DNA from: Eledone cirrhosa
Lineage: Eukaryota
Length of the DNA stretch: 64,000 nucleotides
NCBI GenBank assembly: GCA_964016885.1
Contig: OZ024741.1
Location: 57,598,001-57,662,000, forward strand
Direction of reading: 5' to 3'
Each line of letters opens with the position of its first letter. Position 1 is the first letter of the stretch. Under the pieces are notes generated by a model that had not been told where the DNA came from, did not search any database, and worked only from the letters and a program-made list of their open reading frames with translations. Positions 41,396 through 55,529 of this stretch are shown in pieces. The translations under genes and the position numbers were made by a program.

Positions 41396-41945
41396 ACATA
41401 CATATAGATATATGTTTACATACATATAGATATATATATATATACATATAGATACATGCATATATATATATGTATACATACATACTTCCCAGGTTGGCCA
41501 CAACTTACTTTCCCTATTTTTCCAAGCTTACTTTTTTGCATGTTTCTTTCACCTGTGTCTTCCCACGATGGGACCTGTACACTTTTTTTCTCCTATTCCT
41601 TTCCTATTTTTTCCCCTTTTCCCTTCCCACTTTCTTCCTCTCTCCTCATCTTTTTTCCCCCTGTTCTTCCTCCTTTCCCTCTCTTTCCTTTTCTCTCCTT
41701 TTTTCTCCACTTTTTTTCTCTCTTTCTCTCTCCTTTTCCACCTGGCCTTTTGATTAATAAAAGGCCTCGGGCACACCCAAACTACACCGATGTCCTGTAA
41801 TTCAGCGCCGAAACATCGGATCGGGAAATATTTACAGCTGACGATGGAAACTCCTTTCTTCCTTTCTCTCCCTGTTCCGTCCTAACCACCATCCTAAACC
41901 TTGTTTTTAGTAACCACACAGCTCCTTTTGTTTTATATCATTTTG

Positions 41946-42027
<82 letters not shown>

Positions 42028-42321
42028 ATCTTTAAAAGCTTCTAGTTTCCTAATAGTGTTGTTGGTGATTGATCTGCTAACGGTATTTATGAGATGCAGT
42101 CTTCTGGCATAATAACACAATAAATATTCTTAGAATTAAATGCATATTTATGATATCACTGAACGTTGACCTGCTTTTGTTGATTAAACATTCATTTCTA
42201 AATGCTTCCGCTTTAGAATAAAGTTTATGGAAAAAAAAAACATTAATAATTTTGTCAGAAATAAACCACTGTGTGGAATAGAGATATCCTGTTTCTTTCT
42301 AGCAATATTATAATAATGTGA

Positions 42322-42640
42322 AGGCATGTCATGTGACTTAGTGGCTAGGGTGTTTGGATCATGATTGTAAGGTTGTGAGTTTGATTCCCAATGACATGGT
42401 GTGTCCTTGAACTAGACACTTTATTTCATGTTGCTCCACTTTACTCAATTGTACCTGTAATTCACAGAGTCAACCTTGTCACATACTGTGTAATACTGAA
42501 TCTCCCTGAGAATGTTTATGTGTACACATATCTGTGGAATGTTCAGCCACTTGCAAGTCACTTTCAACAGCAGGCTGTTCTATTGTTTGAACAAATGGAA
42601 CACTTATCGTTTATAGATTGCTACAAAAGTAACATCAAAA
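42322..42640 (+). mobile_element. tRNA-derived SINE, CORE-like family
   Basis: A/B boxes then TGTGTCCTTGAACTAGACACTTT. Relatives at 43497-44055 and 54080-54410 (-). Confidence 0.65.
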
Positions 42641-42719
42641 TTATACAATTTACACTTTTCTAAATATTTACTTTATATTTTGGCTTAAATATCAGAGATT
42701 ACAATTGGCAGGTCACTGT

Positions 42720-43050
42720 GCAAGACTTCCTGAAGAAACAGTCCTAAATCTGGTGCTATGGTAACCAATATATGGATGGATTAACTGTAGGAGGTTGTGA
42801 TTGGCAGGTTACTGTGTGAGACATCATGAAGAAATAGCCTTAAACTTAGTGATATGGTGGCCAATACATGGAGTAATTAGCCTTAGGAGACAACCTACTC
42901 ACTTTATAGACATACTTCAAAAAGACACTGGATTATTAAAGATCGTATCAGAAACAGGTATAGGGATGGAAGATCGGAACATCTAGAATGAATATGTTCC
43001 CCCAATTCAGTCGGACAGATCAGTTGAGATGATACAATATGATGATGATT
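42720..43050 (+). mobile_element. Old RTE-type LINE C-terminal remnant
   Basis: RRL*LAGYCVRHHEEIA..LVIW.PIHG..FIDILQKDTG, GAT-rich tail. Confidence 0.6.
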
Positions 43051-43496
43051 GTTGTAGCAGTGACACAGCAATAATTTCAGTTAGCTGTCATATACTTAAA
43101 GTATATAAGTAGAACGATCTATATGCTGGTTGTTATGTTAACAGTTTAAAAGTTTTGCAAAACTTTATAATGTTAATGCGAGTTGATTAACCAACAAATG
43201 TCTTTGTTAAACACCCAGAGGAAATATTCTCAAGTTTGATAGCATTAATTGACCAGTTTTGTCAAGTAGTGAATTACCTCATTAGAAAGTATTTTACCAC
43301 ACCTACCCACTCAAACACATCATATGATTTTCGATTTCTTTTGTATCCATAAATGTTGAAATTTGTACTTTGGAATTTACAAAGTTAACAAGACTTCAAT
43401 CTATACATGTAAGGATGTATGTATGTACATATATATGTATTTGTTTATGTGTATGTATGCATGCAAATACACATGCATGTATATATGTATGTATGA

Positions 43497-44055
43497 GAAG
43501 GCATATAGCTTAGTGGTTAGGGTATTCAGCTCATGATCACAAGGTCATGACTTCGATTCCTGGTGGCATGTTGTGGTTTGAACAGGACACTTTATTACCC
43601 CTTTCTATAATGTATTCAGCTGGGAAAAATGAGTAGTACCTTTGATGGAAAGGGTCAGCCTAGTCACACACTATGTCATGCTGAATCTCCCTGAGAACTA
43701 CATTAATCCTTTAGCATTTACATTACTCTATATATATACTCTTATATTTTTGTGGTAAAGGCTTTATTGCACATAATTATCTCACATAATATAGAATCTA
43801 TGAGATTTTGATATTATTTATTTTGAGAACAATACCTTAACATCAGTATGAGTGGCCAGTTATGACTGGTTTGAACAGAAAGAGGCGAGAGAATTTTGGC
43901 CGGATATGGCCAGTTTAAATGCTAAAGGGTTAAGGATACATATGTCTGTGGAAGTCCCAGACTCTTGCACATTGGTTGATCTTCCATTGGTTGATCAAAC
44001 AACTGGAACACATGTTGTTAGAACCAACAGAGATCCAATAACAACAACAACAAAC
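43497..44055 (+). mobile_element. CORE-like SINE interrupted by a MITE
   Basis: AGCTTAGTGG A box, ACTTCGATTCC B box, (ACA)n tail. Confidence 0.7.
43707..43929. mobile_element. piggyBac-type MITE
   Basis: TTAA-TCCTTTAGCATTTA ... TAAATGCTAAAGGG-TTAA. Confidence 0.8.
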
Positions 44056-44309
44056 AGATTATTTCTAGACAAACTGTACTTTTGATCATCTATAAACTGC
44101 ACCAGAACAACCAAGATTTTTAACGTACTATCTTAAGTCTGTGTTCTACCATCCTGATATATAGAGGTCAGGTACTTCCTCTGATTGAATATCGATTTAT
44201 AAAACATCAGATTGAATGACTGTTAATAGCTTTAAACACACACGCACATTCGTGGTATATACAAGTGGGCAATGTATCTCAACTTAAATACTCTTATATA
44301 TACACATGC

Positions 44310-44382
<73 letters not shown>

Positions 44383-44819
44383 TATTTATTAAATATAAAA
44401 ATGATTTCAACAGGACTAGAACTGTTTCATTAATTTCATATGAATGAAACAGTAGAAGTCATTTCTATATTTAATAAAGATGCCTTCACTCTACCAACAT
44501 ATTGAATACCTTTTGAAACTGTGGTCACTCCTGAACACAACTCCGGAACCTACATATTATATGCATATTTATATATGTGTGTGTGTTTATATGTAGGTAT
44601 GTATGTCGATGTATATATATATATATATAGGAAAAGACTCAAGACCTCAACGGCTGAGCTCTGGCCATTTCAACAGCTAGATCCGAACCTCCGGAGCTCA
44701 TCAGTTGGGGGTCCTGACTATTTTCCTATTACCCACTACCCTAAGTATCGAGTACTCTGGTGTGTTATGGTCCACTTGGTTTATTACAACACTTTCTTTA
44801 TATATATATATATATATAT

Positions 44820-45047
44820 ATATTTATCAAAATATCAGATTAAAGTTTAAGCAAAGAATTGGTGCTTTCACCCCTAACAGGATCTTCTGAAACTCAGAAG
44901 ATCCCGTTAAGGGTGAAAGCAGCGATACTTTGCTTAAACTTTAATCTGTTATTTTAATAAATATTTGCTCTACGGTTCTTATATATTTGATATACATTTA
45001 TCCTTATCGAGCCCTCTTTGGATTTTAGTCTTCAAATTTATTATTAT

Positions 45048-45050
<3 letters not shown>
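44820..45050. repeat. Fold-back element with tail (opposite orientation to 7367-7609)
   Basis: Same sequence family and same turn point. Confidence 0.85.
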
Positions 45051-45119
<69 letters not shown>

Positions 45120-45178
45120 ATTCAAGCATGGAAACTGAGTGTATAAACAAGGAAGATATATTATATATATATTGTATG

Positions 45179-45713
45179 ATGCTGTGTGCAGGAGAGGAGG
45201 TTGCATTGGTATGGACATGTGATGGGTATGAAGGATGACAGCTGCATAAAAAGGTGCAGAGCACTAGAAGTTGATGGAAGCCGCGGAATGGGGGAGACCC
45301 AAGAAGATCTGGGATGAGGTGATAAAAGCCGACCTTACCCAATTGCACCTCTAAAGGGCAATGACACACGATCGTGACCGCTGGCATCACACAGTAATAC
45401 AGAAGACCCGACTTCCCACGGGAACAAGCTGAAGCTGAAGCATATAGACAATATGCCCCCACCCCCTCCCACTGAAAAGTGGTCGTGGAGGTGCCACGGC
45501 AAAAAAGCACCCAGCCCACACTGTAAAGTGGACGTGTAGGTGCCACGGAAAAAAAGCACCTGTAAATGAAGGTTGGTGTTAGGAAGTAGAAATCAAGCCA
45601 GAATCAGTTTCTGTATGAGCAAGACAAGGTGAGCCAACTGGACACTGCCCACAACAGGACAACCTGTCTAACCCATGCTAGCGTGGAAGAACGGACGTAA
45701 AATGGTGATGATG
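45179..45713 (+). mobile_element. RTE family C 3' fragment
   Basis: Homologous to 38775-39333. Confidence 0.85.
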
Positions 45714-45714
45714 A

Positions 45715-45860
45715 ATAATTGTTTCTACTTTAGGCACAAGGCCAGCAATTTGAAGGGGAAAGGAAAGTCAATTAAATCGAACCCAGTCCATTACTGGTGC
45801 TTTATTTTATCAAACCCGTAAGGATGAAAGGCAAAGCTAACCTCAGCTGGATTTGAAGTC
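45715..45860 (-). mobile_element. SINE (Meta-like domain) 3' half
   Basis: Reverse complement of the SINE body and tail. Confidence 0.75.
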
Positions 45861-45949
45861 AATTATGAGGAAATTGAAAACACAGAAGAAACAACAACAG
45901 AAACTGCAAGACAGATAAAATCCCAATTTCAATAGATCTTCAGAATGTT

Positions 45950-46255
45950 ATGTTAAAATGATGGCAAGAAAAACCTCAAATGACAATACACACAGACAGG
46001 GACATCAAAGCCAACTGACCAAATATTATAGCCAAAGACCACAAAGAAGAGAAATGTCTTCTAATTGATGTATCTATCCCTAAAGATAATATAATATCTA
46101 TCAAGGAAATGGAGAAATTATCCAAATATAAAGATCTAGAGATAGAAATAACCCAAATGTGGATGATAAAAACAGAAATAATACCTGTTATAAGAGGTGT
46201 TCTGGGAATGATAAAAACACACAGACTGATACATAACCAAAACCCCAGGACATTC
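45950..46255 (+). mobile_element. R4/Dong RLE fragment
   Basis: CLLIDVSIP..EKLSKYKDLEIEI..IIPVIRGVLG. Confidence 0.75.
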
Positions 46256-46279
46256 GGAACTCTTTCCAGATGTTATGAA

Positions 46280-47435
46280 CTAGTGGTATCCTCATGTCAA
46301 TTAAGAGGCATGTTTTCTTTTTATGGTCCTTCACAATTATATTAGGTCTGTTGGCCTTGATCATTCTGTCGGTGATCATAGGAAAATCCCATAAGATTGT
46401 TGCATTTTTGCCTCCTCTTACTGTATCTGGGTGAGGCTTGTACCATTTTCCCTCTGTCTTTAAACAGTAGGAGCGGCATATTACTCAGTGTAAATATTAT
46501 CTTATTTTATCATGCCTAGTTTTATACATCTGGGGAGTTAATACTTAGCAGTCTGAAACCATGTGGTCAAGAGTTTCAACATGCTCATCACAAAATCAAC
46601 TTATGGTCAGTTTTAATTTTGATCATATTGGCTTAAAAGTTGTGCATTGAAAGCCGAAATAAAACTCTCGCTCTCTACTTTTAGCTCAGAAATCCACAGC
46701 CACAGATGAGTGAGAGTTCGATCTACATCAGGTTCTTTGCTATGGGGGACATACTACCTATGCAGTAATTTTTTATCCTACTTAGCACAGTTTCGATTGA
46801 CTTTCTTTTTTTGACAACATTTTCATGTTTTTGAGATTTAATTGCAAAATTGCCATTATTTTAAAAACTTTCTTTATGCATTCCCAATTCTTCCATAAAC
46901 TTCCTATTTTATTCAGTGGTTGCAAATTTTTCTTCCTTTCATATTCTGCAACCATTTTCAGCATTCAGTCATCTGTAGTTTTTAGGTATTGTTCAAGTCT
47001 AATTGTTGATATTTTCCATGACAGCTCAAGCTGGATTATTTCTCTACCTTCACTTCTAGAGAGAGAAAAAGAGGCTATCAACAACTGCCTTTGGGTGATG
47101 CAGTATGTTACAGGTCAGAAGTTTCATGATTTTAGTGTCCATTTTCTATATTTTATAATGTTCCAATTTATAATGTTGAAATTATAGGTGACAACTAGGA
47201 TTGCAAGAGCATTTATAGCAGATATTTTATTTTTTTGTATTGAGCTTAATTTTAATACCGTGTGTACTCTCTGGTAGCATTCCATTCTGTTTTTCTCTTT
47301 CATGTTGGCATGATGAATACCTTGGTCTTCATTGACCCTTAAATACTTGTAAATTTGTTCCTATTCCAATTCCTTAATTATTGTATTCAAGTCTACTTCA
47401 ATTGAATTTGTGCTTGTCATTCTGCCTCTCTTGAA
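46280..47435 (-). mobile_element. Degenerate R4/Dong RT-RLE fragment
   Basis: YKYLRV, ETLDHMVSDC, ANRPNIIVKD..CLLID. Confidence 0.75.
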
Positions 47436-47446
47436 TTATTATTATT

Positions 47447-47647
47447 AGGGCGGTGGATTGGCAGTATCGGTAGAGGGTCTGACGCCATGTTTTGCAGCAA
47501 AGAGTTATGGCCCTTTATGGTCTGAGTTCAAATCTTAGTGAGGTTAACTTTGCCTTTCATCCTTACGGGGTCGATAAAATAAAGTACCAGTAATACACTG
47601 GGATAATTGCTGGCCTTGTGCCAAAAGTAAAAACAATTATTATTATT
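47447..47647 (+). mobile_element. Full tRNA-derived SINE (Meta-like domain)
   Basis: A box TGGCAGTATCGG, B box GAGTTCAAATC, conserved body, (ATT)n tail. Confidence 0.85.
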
Positions 47648-47809
47648 TGAAACTTCCTTGAAATTCTGCTTCTTTTACATATCTTGCTAAGTGTCAACTG
47701 ATACCGGAGGCAAAATTTGGTACAATCAGTTGTCATACAAATGATGACATAAGGGCCTAAACCACAGTAAATGTCTTTACAAGGTATTTAAATTGATAAT
47801 TTCCTTCTC

Positions 47810-48030
47810 AGGACATTGACAGAACCAGTCAGTACTATTTTCTGTCTCTCTTGCAGAGATGGCATTCCAGGTGTCCGGTCCAAATATTTTTCAGTTCCCT
47901 TTTTTATCATTCCAAGTGCACCGACTATCATTAGTATTGTACCGGCCTCAAGATGCCACATTTTCTCAATTTCAATTGACAGATCTTTATATTTACTCAG
48001 CTTTTTGGAACTCTTTCAAGATATTATTAT
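47810..48030 (-). mobile_element. R4/Dong RLE C-terminal fragment
   Basis: KLSKYKDL..IVGALGMIKK. Confidence 0.65.
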
Positions 48031-48119
48031 TATCGCCATCATTCAACATTCATAACATTTTTGCTCTGGCAGATGTTATACTGACACTATACCAAAAGAA
48101 CAAGTCATAGCCAATGGCC

Positions 48120-49195
48120 AAAGGTCCTTTGGGTCATTCCTTCTCTTTCAACTTTTTAACACTGTCCTTAGAATCCTTACTGTTCTTAACAAGGCTGTTT
48201 TCTGCAACAATCCTGTCTTGATAATTCCAAGCTTCTCAAGCCATAGATCCAACTGTTTACTAACTGCTCTCAGTGCGCAAACCACAATCAATACCACTTC
48301 TACGTGTCTGATTCTCCAGTTTCCTGATTTCTCTCTTCAGCTCTTGGTATTTCTCAACTTTCCCACTTTTCGTCTCATTCACCCTGTGGTCTCACAGTAA
48401 AGCAATATCCACAATACATGCCTTGTTATCCCTTTTTTCTATGACAACAATGTCAGGCTTTCTAGCCATGATGAAATAGTCGCACTGGATGGTTATGTCC
48501 CACAAGATCTTATATTGTTCATTTTCAGCAACCCTTTCTGGTTGCTGTTCATACCATTTCTCACTTCTGCTCATATCATACTTATGACAGAGCTTCTTGT
48601 GAACCAATCTGGCAATGTTGTCATGCTTTCTTATGTACTCTTTCTGGCCAAGCATCTTACATTCACTGATAATGTTGTTTATTGCCTCACTTTTCTCACC
48701 ACACAACCTACAATGTGGGGTATTCACTGACTTGTCAATATTAAACTTGATATTGTTCTTTCTCAGTGTTTGTTCCTGGACTGCAAAAATATGGACTTCA
48801 GTTTCAACTTTCAAGTCACCTTTCCTAGTCCATTCCCAGTTCCTATCTTTGTCAAATGTCTCAGGTATTTCACACAAGCATTGACCATACATTTTTTTCT
48901 TTCCATCTATTCAATGTCATTCTGTCTGTCTAGTTTAAATTCTCCCTTTTCCTTTGCTTCATCACTGCTTAGGACCTTTATCTTTCTTACTCCTGATATC
49001 ATTCTCTCCTTTGAATTCTTTACATACCATGTAAGATTATTTTACTCATACTTCACACATATTTCACAGCTAATGGGGCCTCTTCCTTTTCTCTGTTGTG
49101 ATATATACAACCTGTCCGCGTCTCTTTTGGGGTGTAATCATCATTTTCCTTTCTATTAAGCTCCTTAAGTTCATCACATCCAGCGCTACACACCA
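48120..49195 (-). mobile_element. Degenerate R4/Dong CCHC-RLE fragment
   Basis: GDLKVETE..AVQEQ, CRLCGEKSE..ISEC, KHD, RKPDIVV. Confidence 0.85.
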
Positions 49196-49469
49196 GCCCA
49201 TGTTGTTTTTGTTGTGACAAGGCATTGTGGGAGACCAGATGTAGAGCTTGTCCAGCTTTCATGCTTGTATGCGATGGTTGGGCAGGCAAGATGTATCAGG
49301 AATGAGGGTTTGGAGGGTGAACAAGTAAGCAAGTTTGACATCGATGAGGTGTGAGAATATTTAGCTGGTGAAGGCAGGGTATTAAGATTGGGAGAGTGAA
49401 TGGGGAGGGGTAAAGAGAAGATTGGTGCAGACTATTGTGTCCTCTACATGTTTGTTTAATTTCATTTTG

Positions 49470-50510
49470 TGCACATGGGAAGATGGGTCTTCTGCAGTAC
49501 AGCATGATGTGGCATCATCCTGTGTCAGCACCTTTATGAGGTTTAATTTAAAGGTCAGCTTCTATCACTTCCTCCCAAGTTTTCCTAGGTCTTCCTCCTC
49601 TTCCATAGTTTCTGTTGATCTTGAGTGCCCTGCACCTCTATATACAGCTATCATTCTCCATCTACATCACACAATCATACCACCGCAATCTCCTCTCTTG
49701 CACATTGCATTTGACCCCTCTTATGCTCAGTTTCTCTCTCAGTTCACTAATGCTTTGCTAGTCATGTACATTACTGTTGCACATCCATTGGAGCATGTGG
49801 GCTTTATATCTTTCCAATCTTCATAGGCCTTCTGCACATATTGCTCAGGTCTCACTTCCATGCACCATTGCTGTTTGTACACAAACTTCATACAGTCTTC
49901 CTTTTGTTTTGAAGGAAAAATCTTTTGTAGCTAGCAGTGGTAGTATCTCCCAGAACTTTTTCCATCTCATTCTTACTCTGATTACTTTCAGAACCCCCAT
50001 CTCCACTGCTAATTGGATCACCTGGGTGACAGAAACTATCGACTATTTCTACAGAGCCCTCTGGGCAGTTAAAGGAGCTAGTATCCTGTGAGTTCTTGTT
50101 ACTTACTGCTCTTGAGCATCAACCACATATAAAACCTATGTTCTTTGCTAACCTGTATGAAATCCCACTACTTCTCTCGAATACCCATAGTTTGCATTTG
50201 GGACATAGGATGGAATTTCTACCTACTCCTTTCCTGCACACTAAGCAAGGCCATTTCGCTGAAGGAATCTGGGCCTTGTTTTCCTTTCTACATAGGAATT
50301 TAGTTTTTGTCAAGTTGACTTTAAGGTTTGGAATTTCATCTCTAATTCTGCCATAGATTCAGTTAAGTGATAGATCATATACATACAGAAGTTCCCATGG
50401 GAAGTCAGATTTAAACCCTTCTGTTATAGCCTGCAGAACGATATAAACAAGAGAAGACTAAGAACGGAGCCTGATGGACTCTTACTGGCATGCTAAATTC
50501 TTCACTATAG
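49470..50510 (-). mobile_element. Degenerate RTE fragment
   Basis: KWPCLVCRKGVGRNSILCPKC and downstream C-terminal homology. Confidence 0.8.
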
Positions 50511-50549
50511 TCATCATTAACTCTCTCTATCTCTCTCTCTCTCTCTCTC

Positions 50550-50587
<38 letters not shown>

Positions 50588-50590
<3 letters not shown>

Positions 50591-51479
50591 GGTGTGGACG
50601 ATATTTGTTCACAATTTTCAACTGCTAATTTTATGCAAATTTTTTTTACTTCCGTTGTCACTCTTGTCTTCATAAAAACAGTGACTATATTTCCATTATT
50701 TATTTTCAGAATAATTGATTATGAATAATTTTGAACCTCCAAATTTGTGGAAGAGACACGGAGTTCTTCTTGGAATCCATGCCGGGAGGACAAATAAGAC
50801 CAGAAGATCAACTCCCAGAACAACAGGTGGCTCGCTGTCTCATCCAAAGACGTGCCCAAAGTCATGCAGATAAAGTTTCCAGCGACAACATTGGTCTTAG
50901 GTGTCGTCAGCAGTCAAGGCGACGTCATGCCACCTCACTTCTTCCCTGAGGGCCTCAAGCTGAACACCGATGGCTACATCCGCGTTCTGAGCAAGGTAGT
51001 AAAGCCCTGGATCGACCAAGTAGCTGCAGGTAGGCTGTACGTGTGGCAGCAAGACTCAGCGCCCTGCCATACCAGCCGAAAGACCCAAGTCTGGCTGTCA
51101 GAGAACTTCGTTGACCACACTTCACTTGACATCTGGCCTCTCAGCTCGCCTGACTGCAACCCCCTTGACTTCTTTGTGTGGGGCACAGTGGAACGAGACA
51201 CCAACAGATCTAGCTGCAATACGAAAGACGATCTGAAGTCCAGGATCACAAGTGCCTTTAGGGGCCTAAGTCGGGGGACAGTGATGAAGGCCTGCAGCCG
51301 CTTCTGAGGCCACCTTGAGGCCGTCATCAAAGCCAATGGTGGGTTTATCGAGTGAGATCGAAAGAACAAGTCATGAAGACAAACTGACCCAAGTTTGATA
51401 AATAAATCTTAAAAAATAAAACTACTGTGTTATTTTTTCCTAGACAATAATCTTGTGAACAAATATCGTCTGCACCCTG
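50588..51479 (+). mobile_element. Internally deleted DD37D/maT copy
   Basis: Same TIRs as 16660-17965. ~415-bp deletion at ~50797 with AAG microhomology. Confidence 0.93.
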
Positions 51480-51483
51480 TATA

Positions 51484-52801
51484 TCATCATCATCATCATC
51501 ATCATCGTTTAACGTCCATGTTCCACGCTTGCATGGGTTTGGACGGGAGTTTTCCCACTTGAGGCAAGAATGGTTGTCTTGCTCACATAGGACTGTCTGG
51601 CGGGTTTTCTACAGCTGGATGCCCTTCCTAACACCAACCACATTTACAGTGTGGGACTGGGAGGTTTTTACCGTGTTGCCTACACGGCCACATTACAGCG
51701 TGGACTGTGTGTTTTTTTGTCGTGACACCTACACGATCTCATTTGTTTCGGCCTGGATGTTGTGGCACCAACATAACTTTACATTGAAGGGGGCGGTGTG
51801 GATGGGGTGGGGGTGGTGGGACGGGGGTGTATTTTGTTAGAGATGCCTACTGACTGTAGTAGGTTTTACTTTGTATTTAGGTAAGGCGGGTCTTCTCTAT
51901 TACTGAGTACTGCCAAAGATCTCGGTTCAGTGACATTGTCTTGGAGAGGTGTAAGTGTGTGAGGTCGGAATTTATCAGGTCGTCCCAGGTTTTTCTGGGT
52001 CTGCCTACTCCGTGGCTACCGTCTATCTATATTGCCCTGCACTTTTTTATACAGCTGTCATCTTTCATGCGCATCACGTGACCATACCAACGTAGCCTTC
52101 TCTCGAGTAAACAACATCTGATCCCTCTTATTTCTAATTTTTCCCTTAGTTCGTTTATGCTTTGCCGTTCACGTATATTACTATTACACATCCAGCGGAG
52201 CATGCAAGCTTCGTTCCTCTCTAGTCTGCATATATCCTCTGCACACAATGCCCAGGTCTCACTGCCATGCAACATTGCTGTTCGTATGCAGGCATCATAC
52301 AGCCTGCCTTTCATTTTTAGGGAGAACCCTTTAGCGGCTAATAGTGGTATAAGCTCTCTGAACTTTTTCCATCCAGTTCTGACTCTAGCTACTGTACTTT
52401 CAGAGCACCCTCCCCCACTGCTGATTTTGTCACCCAGGTAACGGAAGCTGTCCACTATTTCTATAGAACCATCTGTGCAATTGAAAGAGCTAGTATTCTG
52501 TGGGCACTTGCTGCTACTTATTGCACCAGAGCACCGGCCACATGTAAAATCTATGTTCTTAGTTAGATTACCTGTGATCCCACTACATCTTTTATGCACC
52601 CATACTTTGCATTTGGGACATAAAATGGAGTTTCTACCTACGCCTTTCCTACACACTGAGCATGGCCATTTCCCGGAAGGGACCGGTGCCTTATTTTCTT
52701 ACCTACAAACTAGAACTTTAGTCTTAGCCAGGTTAATTTTAAGGCCTTTTGATTCTAGGCCGTGCTTCCATGTTTTGAATTTCTTCTCTAGCTCGGCCAT
52801 T
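51484..52801 (-). mobile_element. RTE family B, 5'-truncated
   Basis: Intact PHD-like finger, YLGD, HGSETW, 3' UTR, (GAT)n tail. Confidence 0.92.
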
Positions 52802-55529
52802 GTATATATATATATATATATATATAAACACAAGTAAGAAGTAATTATAAGGTTGTATCAAATATGTACAAACACAGGTATATGAAGAAATACAAACCTT
52901 TTTTAAACACAAACTAGCGTTTCTATTATTATGATTATTATATTATCATTAATATTATTATTATGATAACATTCTGTCTAGTTCTGTGTTTGAAGAAAAA
53001 CTTTGTATCAAAACAATTGTAAGGATTAAATGATTTAAGAACTTTCTGTCGTCTTAATGTGTTATATATGTGTGTGTGTGTATTTACATATCTGACTGTG
53101 TTTTATTTTGTGTTTGTTATTCTAGAGTAGAGGGAATCTATGACATGACATTCAAAACTTTATATAAGAAAATTTAAAGTTGTCATCAGAACTTTCCTCT
53201 CATTTGAAATTACAAATTATCTGAGTGTTTTTCCTTTCCTTATTCATAGTATTTCTCCCAGGAGAAAATAGAAAATGCATAAGATAATTACACAGATGAC
53301 CAAAACAAAAACGTGCGTAGTTAAAGTGACAGCATTTCAGTTTGAAAACTAGAACTGCTGTCATGGACAATAAGAATGACAAGTGGGTCATTGGTTGTTA
53401 AATCAATAGAAAGATTGATTGCTATGGCTTAATACCCTTGCGTATTCCATCCTGATCAGATACTGGTCATGCAGATAACTTTACATTATTTGCATCTATT
53501 GTAACTGTCAACGAAATATCTGAAATGATGTCATCATCATCATCATTTAACATCCATTTTTCCATGCTGGCAAGGATTGGATGGGTCATCACAGACTAAG
53601 TTAGTATTTAATCAGAGCTACTGACCTCTCAGATGGACTAGGAGCCTGTATCTTGCTCCCACTCTCTACTGATTGCAATAGGCACCATCATAACAGGGCT
53701 GCATCTAACTTACATATGTTCCTGCACCCTATCAAATGTGACATGTGCATTTGATCATAGTGCCAACGCTAGGTCCTGTCTTTGATACAACTGAAGAGAC
53801 CTCCTCACACTTTTTTTTGCAGGTTTCCTATAACTGGATGCCCATTCTATTCCCAACCACTTTACAGAGTGTACTAGGTGTGTTTATTGTGTAGATCACT
53901 GATACTAAAAAGGCTTTTGCACTCTTGGTGCATTGTAGAGTCCTCTCGAGCCATTTCTTAGGCAACTCTTGTTAAAACAGTGGACAGTGGATGAACAGGC
54001 AGACTGATCTTGCATTATAAATGTGTGTATGTGTGTGCATGTGGGTGTGTGTGTTGGTTCCCCATCAGTTTTGATGACAAATGTTCCATTTGTTTGATCA
54101 CTAGAACAACCTGCTCATGAAATTAATGTGTAAGTGGCTGAGCATTCTGTAGACATATGTACCCTTAACATAATTCCTGAAGAGGTTCAGCATGACACAG
54201 TGTGACAAGGCTGTCCTTTGGAATTTACAGATAAGTTCTTTTGACAGGTTCCCAAACAGTTCCTGTTGACCCAGTTTAATTCACAAGACATGGGTTAAAC
54301 CGTGGCAATTGTAAACACATTTGCCCAAGATGCCACACAGCAGGATTGAACTCAGGACATTTCAATTGTGAAGCAGACTCCTCAACTATTCAGGCATGCT
54401 GCATCCACATGTTGTTATTATATCTGCAGTGTAGATATGATTTTGTGTTAATTCTTCAACTTGATCCACTTCCATTCTTCTTCTTAATATGTTATGATAT
54501 TGTCATTTCAACTGATGGTGACAGTTCAGTGACAATATTTGACCAACCTTGCTTTAATATTTCCTATATCTAAGACAATATTACAACATAATTCACTCAA
54601 TTTTCAGGAAGCTGCTTTGTATAAGTATTAATATTTTCTGAAAAGAATTGAAATAAATTGCATCTCACTATCCGTTGATACGATGTATTGTGTCAAACAG
54701 TGAATGGTTTCTGCGACGAGTTGACAGTTCCACCATAACCTAGTGACATTGAACAGAGAAGAGAAAAAGACGAATAAATAAATAAAGAAAGAAATGCAAA
54801 GAAATAAAATGAAAGCAAATATGGAGAGTTCAGTAAAGAAAAGCAAGTGAAGTAAATACAGTAGTGAAAACAAAATAATTGTATGTCCTGAATTGATGTC
54901 TCCAGGGTTATCAAATTGAAATTGTGTAGGCTGGAACCATCTGTGTATTAACCTTCATATTTATGATTCTTAGAGGAATAGTGCAAAGTTGGTTATTGAG
55001 CTAAGATCAGCCAGACCCCAATCATTGCAAGTAGAATCTGCTACTTCTATTTCAAATGACAAAACCAGGCAAGGCCCCCATCAGTATATTCATGAAATAA
55101 TAATAGCCTGCTTGTGTATAGACTGTAAATATAATTCATATTTACATATATCTAGCTGAATCTGTCACCAGAGGGCACCAAAAAAGCAAATTGAATATAT
55201 GATAACAATAGGTATTTTTAGTGAAAAAGAAAAACAGAGAGAGAGAGAGAGAGGGTATGAGCTGTGGAGTTAAATAATAAAAACCATACAATACTGGATA
55301 GTTGAGATAATCTTTCAATACACTGTTTTCATATTGAATAAGTTTTCATGTTACAGTTGCAAATGATGGATCTTAAACAACACCACCACTGCCACCACCA
55401 ATTTCTTTCATTAAAAAAAAAAAACCACATTTATTCTCTTATACATGTTTCAAAGGAGATGTATATGCAGTATTTTGAAATGTTGGGAAACATTTCACAT
55501 AATCTGTTTCTATATATATAGGTGTAGAT

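Noticed and set aside
41785-41860. CCGAAACATC and CTGACGATGG near each other
   Set aside because: Order is permuted and helices I and III do not pair; at most a decayed PLE terminus.
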